A DNA stretch of 64,000 nucleotides, taken from positions 21,435 to 85,434 of the forward strand of contig JACDBH010000006.1 of NCBI GenBank assembly GCA_013694995.1. Reading direction: 5' to 3'. This stretch comes from Candidatus Saccharimonadota bacterium. Its GTDB lineage: Bacteria; Patescibacteriota; Saccharimonadia; Saccharimonadales; JACDBH01. The notes under the pieces were generated by a model. That model was not told where the DNA came from. It was given only the letters and a program-made list of their open reading frames with translations, and searched no databases. Below are positions 9,216-18,097 of this stretch, piece after piece; the first letter of the stretch is position 1, and each line of letters begins with the position of its first letter. Position numbers and translations under genes: made by a program.

Positions 9216-10115
9216 TTAAACTTCTTCAATCAATTTAAGTTTTATGGACCCGCGAGCAACCAGTCCGTAACCTAGAGCGTACAAAGCTACTAAAAAGTAA
9301 ACGATCCCAAGTAAAGGCGTCAGGTTAAGACGGTTGAGCTGTTCGTTCATGGTTGTAATCATTTGGACAAATACTGAGATGATTATGATAACGCCAATAC
9401 CTTTTGCCAGGTTATCAAATGCGCGTTTGTAGACTATGCCCTTGACACTATCTTTATAGATATATAAATGAAGTGCTGCCTTTAAACCTATACACCACAC
9501 AAATACGTAAGGGATTGCCAGAGTTGCCACTTTCAACCAATCTGGCAGATAATACGCGCTTTTAATCCCTCCGCTGTCTTGGGTCGTTAACAGCCAGGTA
9601 TATATACATGCCAGCACTATGGGCCCCAGTAGCAGTAGTGTTGCAGGAATATTAATCTTCCTATTTTTTAGCGTTCCAAAAAGTCCATCTGCGCCCTTTG
9701 CAATCCAATATAATGCTACCGCTGCAAAAAGCAACGTCAGGTAGTTGCGGAAAATTGTTGTTAGCGGGACGATATCGGGCTGTTTAAATTTCAGATAATT
9801 TATGAGGGAGCCAACTATTGAACCAATCGGCAAATAAAACGCTAGTACCATTAACCCATTGGCCAATTCCTTGAGATGCTTGCCTTCTTTAGTGCGCCGT
9901 ACACTATCGGCGTATAACCTAAACCGCAGGTAACCGTAAAGAGCCGAGAAATAGATGATTGAAAACGGAATGACGATAGTCAGACTCAGCATTTTTGCTT
10001 GGCTCTGTGTGATTTGATACTTCTCAAGTACCGATGGATCGGATGGTAATAATAAAGCCAGCGAGATGTAACCAAGCACCAACAGTACGAATATTATGAC
10101 CTGTGGTTTCTTCAT
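9216..10115 (-). CDS. polytopic membrane protein (~8 TM), possible stand-alone sensor
   Basis: Hydrophobic segments; first gene of the kinase operon. Confidence 0.75.
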   Translation of the reverse strand: MKKPQVIIFVLLVLGYISLALLLPSDPSVLEKYQITQSQAKMLSLTIVIPFSIIYFSALYGYLRFRLYADSVRRTKEGKHLKELANGLMVLAFYLPIGSIVGSLINYLKFKQPDIVPLTTIFRNYLTLLFAAVALYWIAKGADGLFGTLKNRKINIPATLLLLGPIVLACIYTWLLTTQDSGGIKSAYYLPDWLKVATLAIPYVFVWCIGLKAALHLYIYKDSVKGIVYKRAFDNLAKGIGVIIIISVFVQMITTMNEQLNRLNLTPLLGIVYFLVALYALGYGLVARGSIKLKLIEEV

Positions 10116-10310
10116 GCCTGCTCTCTTTTTACTTAAATGACACCAGAGACATTAGTATGAATAGATTATAAACCACATACCTGTTATCAACTACAAAAAA
10201 TTGGTACATACAAGATTTTACTATGATGTTTATTTCAAAATAAAGGTGTGAGAGATTAAATGACTTATCATAGATGTTTCAAAGGTTTATTTAAGTGGTA
10301 AGATTAACAG

Positions 10311-11045
10311 ATGGACCCAACCTTGCCTAAACTTTATACAACCCTATCTGGCTGGTGGCAGCTGTTTTCGCCTACATCTGATTACGCGGACGAGGCTGAG
10401 TTTTTAAAAAAATTGTTTATGGATGCCGGTGTAAAAACAGTTTTGGAATTGGGTGCCGGCGGCGGAAATATCGCCTGGTATCTAAAGAAAGACTTTGAAC
10501 TGACTCTCACTGACTTATCATCTGAGATGCTAAAAATGAGCAAAAAACAGAATCCAGAATGTGAGCACTTTGAGGGCGATATGCGCACTCTCAATCTCAA
10601 CAAATCCTTCGACGCAGTTTTTATCCATGACGCTATCATGTACATACTTAATGAGAAGGACCTACTAACTACATTTAAAAACGCTGCTAAGCACTTAAAA
10701 ACTGGCAGTCTAATAGTTATTGCCCCTGACTGCACCAGAGAAACATTTAAGGAAACGACCGATTACGAAGGCCATGATGATAATGAGCGCAGCGTTCGTT
10801 ATATGCAATGGACTACTGATCCTAACCCGAACGACACTGAATTTAATTATGATTTCATTATTGCACTGAAGGAGCGTGATAAGCTGCGAACCGTCGTTGA
10901 CCGGCAGGTATGCGGCTTGTTCCCACGTCAAACTTGGCTTGATTTGCTTGATAAAACAGGCTTTAAAGCAAAAGCCATTACTGATTCTTCAACCGCCGGT
11001 GAAGCCAATGAACGCATAGAAATTTTTGTAGGTATAAAAAGTTAA
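10311..11045 (+). CDS. class I SAM-dependent methyltransferase
   Basis: VLELGAGGG, DLSSEML, GDMR, FDAVF. Confidence 0.9.
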   Translation: MDPTLPKLYTTLSGWWQLFSPTSDYADEAEFLKKLFMDAGVKTVLELGAGGGNIAWYLKKDFELTLTDLSSEMLKMSKKQNPECEHFEGDMRTLNLNKSFDAVFIHDAIMYILNEKDLLTTFKNAAKHLKTGSLIVIAPDCTRETFKETTDYEGHDDNERSVRYMQWTTDPNPNDTEFNYDFIIALKERDKLRTVVDRQVCGLFPRQTWLDLLDKTGFKAKAITDSSTAGEANERIEIFVGIKS

Positions 11046-11285
11046 AAACAACATAATAATCTATCTAATTTGCGCATTGCCCAGCCTGTTAAGCAGCAAG
11101 CACTTGATCGACTACATCTAAAAGCTGCAGAGCCGAAAGAGACGCTTTTATTTCATAGCGACTGACGCCAAGTGCCTTGGCCTCAGTCTCATCAGTCTTT
11201 TCACACACTTAGACTAGCATAAGTTGAGGATGATTCGCTGATAAATTGTCTACTGGTGGGGACAGGTAGCATAGCCATAACGAGG

Positions 11286-11639
11286 CTAATTAGGCAATAT
11301 ATCTGAAACAAAGACGTAATCGTGTTTCATTCTTAGAGCAAATTCCGGATTATTAGCTAGATTAATTATACGTTCACTAATGCGTTTTATGTCGTCTTTA
11401 CGTTCTTCTTCTGCCGTATTTGGACGTGAAGATTGTGCAATAAAAACTGACAATGTTTCAGTATTGGCGACAAGACCGAGCGATATATGCGCTGGATTAT
11501 TTCCTAATATTACTTTATTGAATTGCTCGCCAGTAACAAGCCTAGGTCTCACTTCAATAATTCCAGAGGTAACAGCAAAACCTTCTACAGCTTGCTCTTC
11601 CCAAAATTCTTTTGTTTCACATTCATATATTGCTGTCAT
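11286..11639 (-). CDS. hypothetical protein
   Basis: 117-aa ORF; -10-like TACTAT/TATAAT just upstream. Confidence 0.5.
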   Translation of the reverse strand: MTAIYECETKEFWEEQAVEGFAVTSGIIEVRPRLVTGEQFNKVILGNNPAHISLGLVANTETLSVFIAQSSRPNTAEEERKDDIKRISERIINLANNPEFALRMKHDYVFVSDILPN

Positions 11640-11737
11640 TAATTATAGTATCCCGCAGAAGTCGTAAGTATCGCAAGCATGAGCAAAATTGATTTTCTGC
11701 TATGATATTCTATAGAGGTCAGTTAAACAAAACTACT

Positions 11738-12085
11738 ATGACTAAATATACTAACAAAAAACTAAAACCCAGCCCAGGATTACGAAGGATCGGTCTTTGG
11801 GCGACCTGGTGGTGGACTATTTCTTGGGTCTATCTTCTACTATTAGTCTGGCAAAGCAGAGATTTCTATGTTAATAGAGCCGCCACTATCAGCTCGACTG
11901 GGTTTTTCTCGGATTGGTTAGCCTCAATGAATAGCACATACCGAAGTTCTGCACTTTTGCCTAGTTTGCTGGCACTCATTATTATCGTCTGGGCTATAGG
12001 CGGCTGGATGTGGTTGCGCGAATTAAAACGTTCGAATAATAGCTTCGTGGTGGGTCTGAAAGATTTGTTTTTTACTATTCGTTAA
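11738..12085 (+). CDS. hypothetical membrane protein (2 TM)
   Basis: Trp-rich TM helices. Confidence 0.65.
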   Translation: MTKYTNKKLKPSPGLRRIGLWATWWWTISWVYLLLLVWQSRDFYVNRAATISSTGFFSDWLASMNSTYRSSALLPSLLALIIIVWAIGGWMWLRELKRSNNSFVVGLKDLFFTIR

Positions 12086-12138
12086 TAACTAGTCATCTTA
12101 AAGTCAGCTACCCTAAGCAAAAAACAAACTCGATGTTG

Positions 12139-12540
12139 TTAAGGTGTGGCTTTTAGCGTAGCAGCTGTTTCTAAAGGAGTAACAAACTTATCGACAACGC
12201 TATATTTAGTTTTTTTGGATACTACATTTTCAATTGACGGAACTTCATGTTCTGGCATTACTATGAATCGGCTTCTATCTGAATGTATTTCTTTATATTT
12301 ACTAAGAGGTAAAGCTATCCTTTCGTGACAATCTTCATTCGAACATTCACAATAAAAATGTAGTGTCATATCTTCATTTGGTAATAAAGATTACAAATCT
12401 TCTTCTTTGGCCATTTTTTCGATTTTAATAAGTTCGTTTTGTATTTGTTCGTTAGCTTTTCTGAACACGACTTCATTTTCAATCTGACGACGTTCCGTCA
12501 GCGACAATTCCTTAATCTTATGCTTTTTATGAATTTTCAT
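12139..12540 (-). pseudogene. CECxxxxC-motif protein interrupted by an in-frame TAA
   Basis: Frame reads MKIHK...RRQIENEVVFRKANE...EEDL*SLLPNEDMTLHFYCECSNEDCHERI; stop at 12391-12393. Confidence 0.75.
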
Positions 12541-12733
12541 TCATTCTGTTCCTCATTTAGCCACAGACATTGTAGCATTTAACTTAATGTTCCTTGTAAC
12601 TTAGGTAAATCAAAATTGTTAAAAGATGTTCCTTCTAACAGAAATCCATAAACCAGTCAGCTTGACTGCTGTAGGATGAGTCTTAAAGCATATACATATT
12701 GACTTTTAGGGGCCATCGGAGCATTGTAAAATT

Positions 12734-13303
12734 ATGAATGACGAAACTGTTCAATCAACACCTCCGCAAAGTTCAAATGAATTTAAAGTGCCTCCACCGG
12801 CTAAAGAGCGAAAAAGCCCGTTACTGCTCATCCTGGTACTGCTTGTACTACTGGTGCCTATTGCAGCGATAACCGGCTACAAGATGTCCGACCAAAAAGC
12901 TAAAAAAGATATAGCAGTTATTAACAACCAGTTAGCCGTTCTGCAGTCCAACGCCCATGAACTGCCAGAGGGCGCATTTAAAGTCTCCGATTGTATCCCC
13001 AACATGGGTTCTCACTACCTAACCCCTACATCAGATCCAGAATACGGGCCATTCTACCTAGTCAGTAAAGCCGGCAAAGTGATCGGAGTCGAGTATATGG
13101 CTAGTGAAGATATGTACACGGCTATCCCCGAAACAGATCCACCGGTTGAATTGATTACCAAAGACAGCCCTTTATTTGGTTGGAAATTCGACCATACAGA
13201 AGTTAGCCATATGAAAGAGGGCCACGAAGGCCTATTAGAGGACCACGTCGACGTACATTACTATACGGTCAACCCTGAACAACAGTCACAGGCTTGTATC
13301 TAG
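12734..13303 (+). CDS. membrane-anchored His-motif protein (DUF5602/TTHB210-like, tentative)
   Basis: N-terminal TM; PNMGSHY, GHEG, HVDVHYY. Confidence 0.6.
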   Translation: MNDETVQSTPPQSSNEFKVPPPAKERKSPLLLILVLLVLLVPIAAITGYKMSDQKAKKDIAVINNQLAVLQSNAHELPEGAFKVSDCIPNMGSHYLTPTSDPEYGPFYLVSKAGKVIGVEYMASEDMYTAIPETDPPVELITKDSPLFGWKFDHTEVSHMKEGHEGLLEDHVDVHYYTVNPEQQSQACI

Positions 13304-13400
13304 TAGTTTAGCTTAATTAAATTTTGGAATAGCGTGACGCAATATTAAGAAGTTAGTGCTATTCCCAATTGTTTGCTAATCTTACCGCTTACGTTTACCA

Positions 13401-15668
13401 TTGAAGTATATGTGGTCAAGTCTAGGTATCCGGCAAAAAGTATTTGCATTGTTTTCTGTAATTGCGCTGTTGCCACTAGTTGTCATAAGTATAATATGGC
13501 TGCGTTCCACGCACGATCAACTTAAGCAGGCTGCTGTAAACCGACAGAATATACTTTTGAGTAGCTCTGCTCAAAGGCTAAATGATGCGTTAGAGACAGA
13601 AATAAACAGTGTTATAACTCATTCCCAAGAATCCAGTGTCACTGGGTTAAACATCGACCAGGCCAAAATTAACTTAATGCAGTATGCCAACCAGGATAGT
13701 GATGTGCTCCGTATTACTTTAGTCGATAACAACGGTAATGAAAAAATCGTTATTAATAATCATGAATTTAGCACTAGTTTAAATAACATCAAATCAAGTG
13801 AGGAATTTAAGGTTGTAAGCCAAGTTAGCAATGAAGTGTCAGTTAGTGATGTTATATATACTAACGAACAACCTAGGATTATTATTGCTGTACCCCTACT
13901 TAGTTTTAGCAAACTAGGTGACCAAAACCTAACTTCCGCCGAAGCTTTAGCCCGACGCTTTGGTTCAGACGTTAAAGGCGCACTTATAGTAGATATTAGT
14001 TTGGATAATCCTTTCCAGTCGGTATTAACAAGTGAAATTGGCGGAGATGGCTACACTTATATTGTAGATGCCGAAGGCCAGTTAATTGCCCATCCTGATC
14101 CTGAACTAATCAAAAACAATGCTAATCTAAGTTCTGTAAATCAAGTTTCGAGATTTCTTGCAGCCCCAGCTTCTATAGAAGTGCCTTCAGTAACTCTGTC
14201 TGAAAAAAACTCCGAAGTATTGAGCTCGCACTACCGCATCAAACGCACTGGCTGGGCCATCATCGGCCAGGAGCCGATTAATAGTATTTATGCTCCTTAT
14301 AACCAAGTTGTTAGGCTGGCAGTATTTATTATAATTTTCGCGGGCATTGTCTCCACATTACTTAGCCTCCTATTCAGCCGAAACTTGACTCGTCCTATCC
14401 GTAGCCTAATGGCTGGTACATACCAAGTAGCACAAGGTAACTTAGATCTTCAGATAGCCAAGGAATCCAAAGATGAAATAGGCGTGCTGGCTGAACGCTT
14501 TAATACTATGACCGGCAATCTCAAACAAATGATCACCAACTTAAAAACCGAAGGCACTAAACTAAACGTCGTACTCAACAGCGTCGGTGAGGGTATTGTC
14601 GCAACCGATTCGTTGAACCACGTAGTGTTTGCTAATATATCCGCTGCGGTACTCGCTGGCCAACTGCCAAGCGATTTGACCGGGAAACCATTCAAACAAA
14701 TATTTACGCTTTCTAAAAATAACACTCCATTTCAAGTCGACCCTAATAGCACCGAAATAACCAAAGAGGTCGTATTCATTTCCCCAAACAAACGGCTGCA
14801 TTACCTGGATATTTTCGTGAACAAAATCGAAAACGATCCGGACGGTATAAAAAATATTATTACTCTAAGGGATCAGACGGATGAGCGGGAGCTTGAAATG
14901 ATGAAATTGGATTTTGTTTCTATGGCGGCGCATGAGCTGAGAACACCGTTAACAGCAATACGAGGTTACCTATCGCTATTGAAAACTGATGCTAATTCAA
15001 ACTTTTCTAACAATGGTGTGCAATCAATCGAGCGGGCACAATCGAGCACTGACCAGTTGGCAGGACTAATTAGCAATTTACTGAATGTTTCTAAGATCGA
15101 ACGTGGATCACTTAATTTGAGCTATAGCAAACTGGATTGGGTAAAAACAGTACGCGAAGCACTGGATGGACATAAATTCAGTGCATTGGAGAAGCAAGTA
15201 ACTTTACTATACGAAGGCCCAACTGAAAGTGTTCCACTACTTGCAGATGAGATATCAATAAAAGAAGTCATCAATAATTTAATCGCTAATGCTATTCACT
15301 ACACACCCGAGAACGGTCGCATTATTATTAGTGTAAGAGAAGAAGGTGATAAAGTCATTACCTCCATAAAAGACAGTGGCCTAGGTATTCCGGCAAATGC
15401 ATTGAGTCGCCTATTCGCAAAGTTTTACCGAGTTAAGGGTGGTATGGCAAGTGGTAGTGGCGGAACAGGCCTAGGTTTATACATTTCAAAATCAATTGTC
15501 GAGCTACATAAAGGCAAGATATGGGTGGAATCCGAAGAAGGTCAAGGTTCGACTTTTACATTCTCGCTTCCGAGCTACAATGAGGTACAATACGATGAGT
15601 TAGTAAGAACAAAAGATATGGGAGTAAATAAACGCCGTGGCTGGATTACCAAAAATACTGCTCGTTGA
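13401..15668 (+). CDS. Cache-HAMP-PAS sensor histidine kinase
   Basis: Two TMs, dCache (YIVDAEGQLIAHP), HAMP (DEIGVLAERFN), HELRTPL, GTGLGL. Confidence 0.93.
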   Translation: MKYMWSSLGIRQKVFALFSVIALLPLVVISIIWLRSTHDQLKQAAVNRQNILLSSSAQRLNDALETEINSVITHSQESSVTGLNIDQAKINLMQYANQDSDVLRITLVDNNGNEKIVINNHEFSTSLNNIKSSEEFKVVSQVSNEVSVSDVIYTNEQPRIIIAVPLLSFSKLGDQNLTSAEALARRFGSDVKGALIVDISLDNPFQSVLTSEIGGDGYTYIVDAEGQLIAHPDPELIKNNANLSSVNQVSRFLAAPASIEVPSVTLSEKNSEVLSSHYRIKRTGWAIIGQEPINSIYAPYNQVVRLAVFIIIFAGIVSTLLSLLFSRNLTRPIRSLMAGTYQVAQGNLDLQIAKESKDEIGVLAERFNTMTGNLKQMITNLKTEGTKLNVVLNSVGEGIVATDSLNHVVFANISAAVLAGQLPSDLTGKPFKQIFTLSKNNTPFQVDPNSTEITKEVVFISPNKRLHYLDIFVNKIENDPDGIKNIITLRDQTDERELEMMKLDFVSMAAHELRTPLTAIRGYLSLLKTDANSNFSNNGVQSIERAQSSTDQLAGLISNLLNVSKIERGSLNLSYSKLDWVKTVREALDGHKFSALEKQVTLLYEGPTESVPLLADEISIKEVINNLIANAIHYTPENGRIIISVREEGDKVITSIKDSGLGIPANALSRLFAKFYRVKGGMASGSGGTGLGLYISKSIVELHKGKIWVESEEGQGSTFTFSLPSYNEVQYDELVRTKDMGVNKRRGWITKNTAR

Positions 15669-16035
15669 AGATACTGTTCAGATTGCCGACATTTATATGC
15701 AGGTGCTAACAAATGGAGGCTTCACTGTAAAACTTGTTAATAATGTCGATGAATTGCTTAAAATAGTCCCAGAATATAATCCCGACATTATCTTCCTAGA
15801 TATTATGCTGCCAGGTGGCAAGACAGGCCTGGATGCATTGAAGATTCTACGTAACGATCCTCAATACGGTGCTGCCAATACCCGTATTGTGTTGGTAACT
15901 AACTTAGGTCAAAATGACGAGACTCAAAAGTTATGGGAAAAATACGCCGACGGCTATGTCATCAAAGCAGAAATAGACCCGCATGAACTATTCGATATCA
16001 TCGAGTCCTTCGGCTATGAAATGCCAAAAGAATAA
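15637..16035 (+). CDS. single-domain response regulator
   Basis: LVED, LDIMLP, VTN, YVIK. Confidence 0.92.
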   Translation: MAGLPKILLVEDTVQIADIYMQVLTNGGFTVKLVNNVDELLKIVPEYNPDIIFLDIMLPGGKTGLDALKILRNDPQYGAANTRIVLVTNLGQNDETQKLWEKYADGYVIKAEIDPHELFDIIESFGYEMPKE

Positions 16036-16192
16036 GATTATCAAGCTCCCCTGGCTAAATCCACCGGTGTTTGATGCCTCGTTCTCGGTTTGCCGTGCGA
16101 AAGCTGATAAATATATCTGCTCATATAATTGAATCGGGCAAAATAGATAAATTGTAAGATATTTTACAAAAGTATAAATTTAAGTATATTAT

Positions 16193-16654
16193 ATGGTTAT
16201 GGTTACCCCTCATGAGATGTCTGTTTCTGCTGTGGGTACAGTGTTTGATCCAATAAGGCCAGACTATGCCGACTTCAGTATTGACGTGGGGGATAGTTTT
16301 AACTGGCCGGGAATCTTAAGTAACTTAGAAATTAAAATAGGAAAACAAGTTGCATTTTATGCATTTCGCTCAGAACTAAAACCAGATGCTGACCCCGCAG
16401 TGCTTGCGGCTTTGGACGAAAAAGCTCTGATTGCCGCGGAAAATGCAAACGGATTCATTTATTACCAACCACTTAATAGATTATCTTTTTGCTTATGGGA
16501 AAGTACTTTGGACGCCAAAGTCGCAACTAGTAGCCCGGAGCACCGTGAAGCTGCTAAGTATGTCGACAAAGCCTATAAGAGATGGGAACTTGTCAGAAGG
16601 ATGGTAGCCAGAACAGCTGTAAACCAGGTTGAATTTACCGAAGTAGTTAAATAG
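16193..16654 (+). CDS. UPF0643-like / dimeric alpha-beta barrel protein
   Basis: DYA...FNW...AFRS...SFCLWES...PEHREA pattern recalled from this family. Confidence 0.5.
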   Translation: MVMVTPHEMSVSAVGTVFDPIRPDYADFSIDVGDSFNWPGILSNLEIKIGKQVAFYAFRSELKPDADPAVLAALDEKALIAAENANGFIYYQPLNRLSFCLWESTLDAKVATSSPEHREAAKYVDKAYKRWELVRRMVARTAVNQVEFTEVVK

Positions 16655-16689
16655 CTTCTGGTTTTAAAGTCATATATAGTAAATTGCAT

Positions 16690-17805
16690 ATGGTTAAAAA
16701 GAAAAAACCTGTTCAGCAAAAACAGATGCTTAAAGTTTATGTAATTGTCGCCGCACTACTTATTGTAAGTGCTATTGCCGCCAAATCTAGGCAAATCAGT
16801 ACGCCTGGGCTTCCTTCTCCGTCGCTTAAAGATTTGGCAGCCAGGCATGAGATTGCCCTTGGTAATTTCGCCATTCTTAACCATCTTGATGATAAACCGT
16901 ACACCGATATTCTGAGCTCTCAGTTTAATTTTGCTTTGGCTGATAACACACCCAACTGGTACTTTACCGACGGTGGCTTACACCCCAGCCGTACCACCTA
17001 CAACTACAAGCAAATGGATGAAGTTATGGCTTTTGCGGAAGCTCACGGCATGCCGGTGGAAGCCCACCATTATGTGTGGGGCGAGGCAAAGTGGCTGCCG
17101 GATTGGCTGAAAGACGGTAATTTTACTAAACCAGAACTTATGGATATTTTGCGCGATCACATTATGAATGTTGGTAGTAATTATAGGGGTCGGATTGCCC
17201 AATGGACAGTAGTAAATGAAGCCTTTACGCGCGCCCAGCACCTGTATGACTTAAACGATTGGTGGGCGGACAATACCAAGGGCTTGGACTATATTGACCA
17301 GTCGTTTATTTGGGCTCGGCAAGCTGATCCTAGCAGCAAATTAATACTTAATGATTTTAATAATGAAAGCATCAACGATACTTCCAATGCTATGTATGAT
17401 TATTTAAAAGGTGCGCTGGCGCGTGGGGTGCCTATTGACGGCATAGGTATGCAGATGCACCTAGACGGTGGCCATCCGCCTTTTAAAGACGAAGTTATTT
17501 CTAACATGAAACGTTTTGCGGATTTAGGGCTTGAGGTTTACGTTACCGAATTCGACGTTAACATGAACGACGTTAAGGCTGATGCCAAAGACAAGAATAG
17601 AATTCAGGAAAATATTTATTACGAAATGATGCGGGCCTGTATAGAATCAAAAGTCTGCCATAGCTTTGCATTCCTAGGTATTACAGACGATGAAACGTGG
17701 TACAAGCATATTGGCTTGAAAGACCCAAGGCCGCTAATGTTCGACGAAAGATACAGGCCAAAACCGGCTTTTTACGGCGTACGCACTGCGTTAGAACAAG
17801 AATAA
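16690..17805 (+). CDS. glycoside hydrolase family 10 (endo-1,4-beta-xylanase-like), membrane anchored
   Basis: WTVVNEA acid/base, LNDFN, IDGIGMQMH, VTEFDV nucleophile. Confidence 0.93.
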   Translation: MVKKKKPVQQKQMLKVYVIVAALLIVSAIAAKSRQISTPGLPSPSLKDLAARHEIALGNFAILNHLDDKPYTDILSSQFNFALADNTPNWYFTDGGLHPSRTTYNYKQMDEVMAFAEAHGMPVEAHHYVWGEAKWLPDWLKDGNFTKPELMDILRDHIMNVGSNYRGRIAQWTVVNEAFTRAQHLYDLNDWWADNTKGLDYIDQSFIWARQADPSSKLILNDFNNESINDTSNAMYDYLKGALARGVPIDGIGMQMHLDGGHPPFKDEVISNMKRFADLGLEVYVTEFDVNMNDVKADAKDKNRIQENIYYEMMRACIESKVCHSFAFLGITDDETWYKHIGLKDPRPLMFDERYRPKPAFYGVRTALEQE

Positions 17806-17815
17806 ATTTAAAAAC

Positions 17816-17902
17816 AAAAAGAAGCCCTTGCGGACTTCATTTTGCTCGCAACGTTTCGGCTTTTAACGGCTTCCGGTTGCTGAAACACCTCACGATGTTC
17901 TG
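17816..17902 (-). ncRNA. candidate orphan small RNA (~87 nt)
   Basis: Promoter TTGACA-17-TAAAGT (17937-17909), two internal stems, terminator GAAGTCC-GCAA-GGGCTTC-TTTTT. Confidence 0.55.
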
Positions 17903-18097
17903 ATCACTACTTTATGCCATACCCCGAGTCTTGTCAATACAATAATATTATTATATAACATGCTTATGTTTGGTAGCCCTAGTACATTCGAACTGGAACC
18001 TACTTCTTGGGGAACTTAGTCGCTGGGTGAGTCTTCAACGTGTGCAGTAGAGGTTAAATACTCTGCCGGAACAGCATTATCTTACTTAGGGTAAATA

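Noticed and set aside
11089..11278. Possible frameshifted HTH remnant (…EAKALGVSRYEIKASL…)
   Set aside because: Too short and weak to support without a search.
12391..12393. Stop-codon recoding
   Set aside because: TAA, TAG and TGA all end intact genes here, so the standard code 11 applies.
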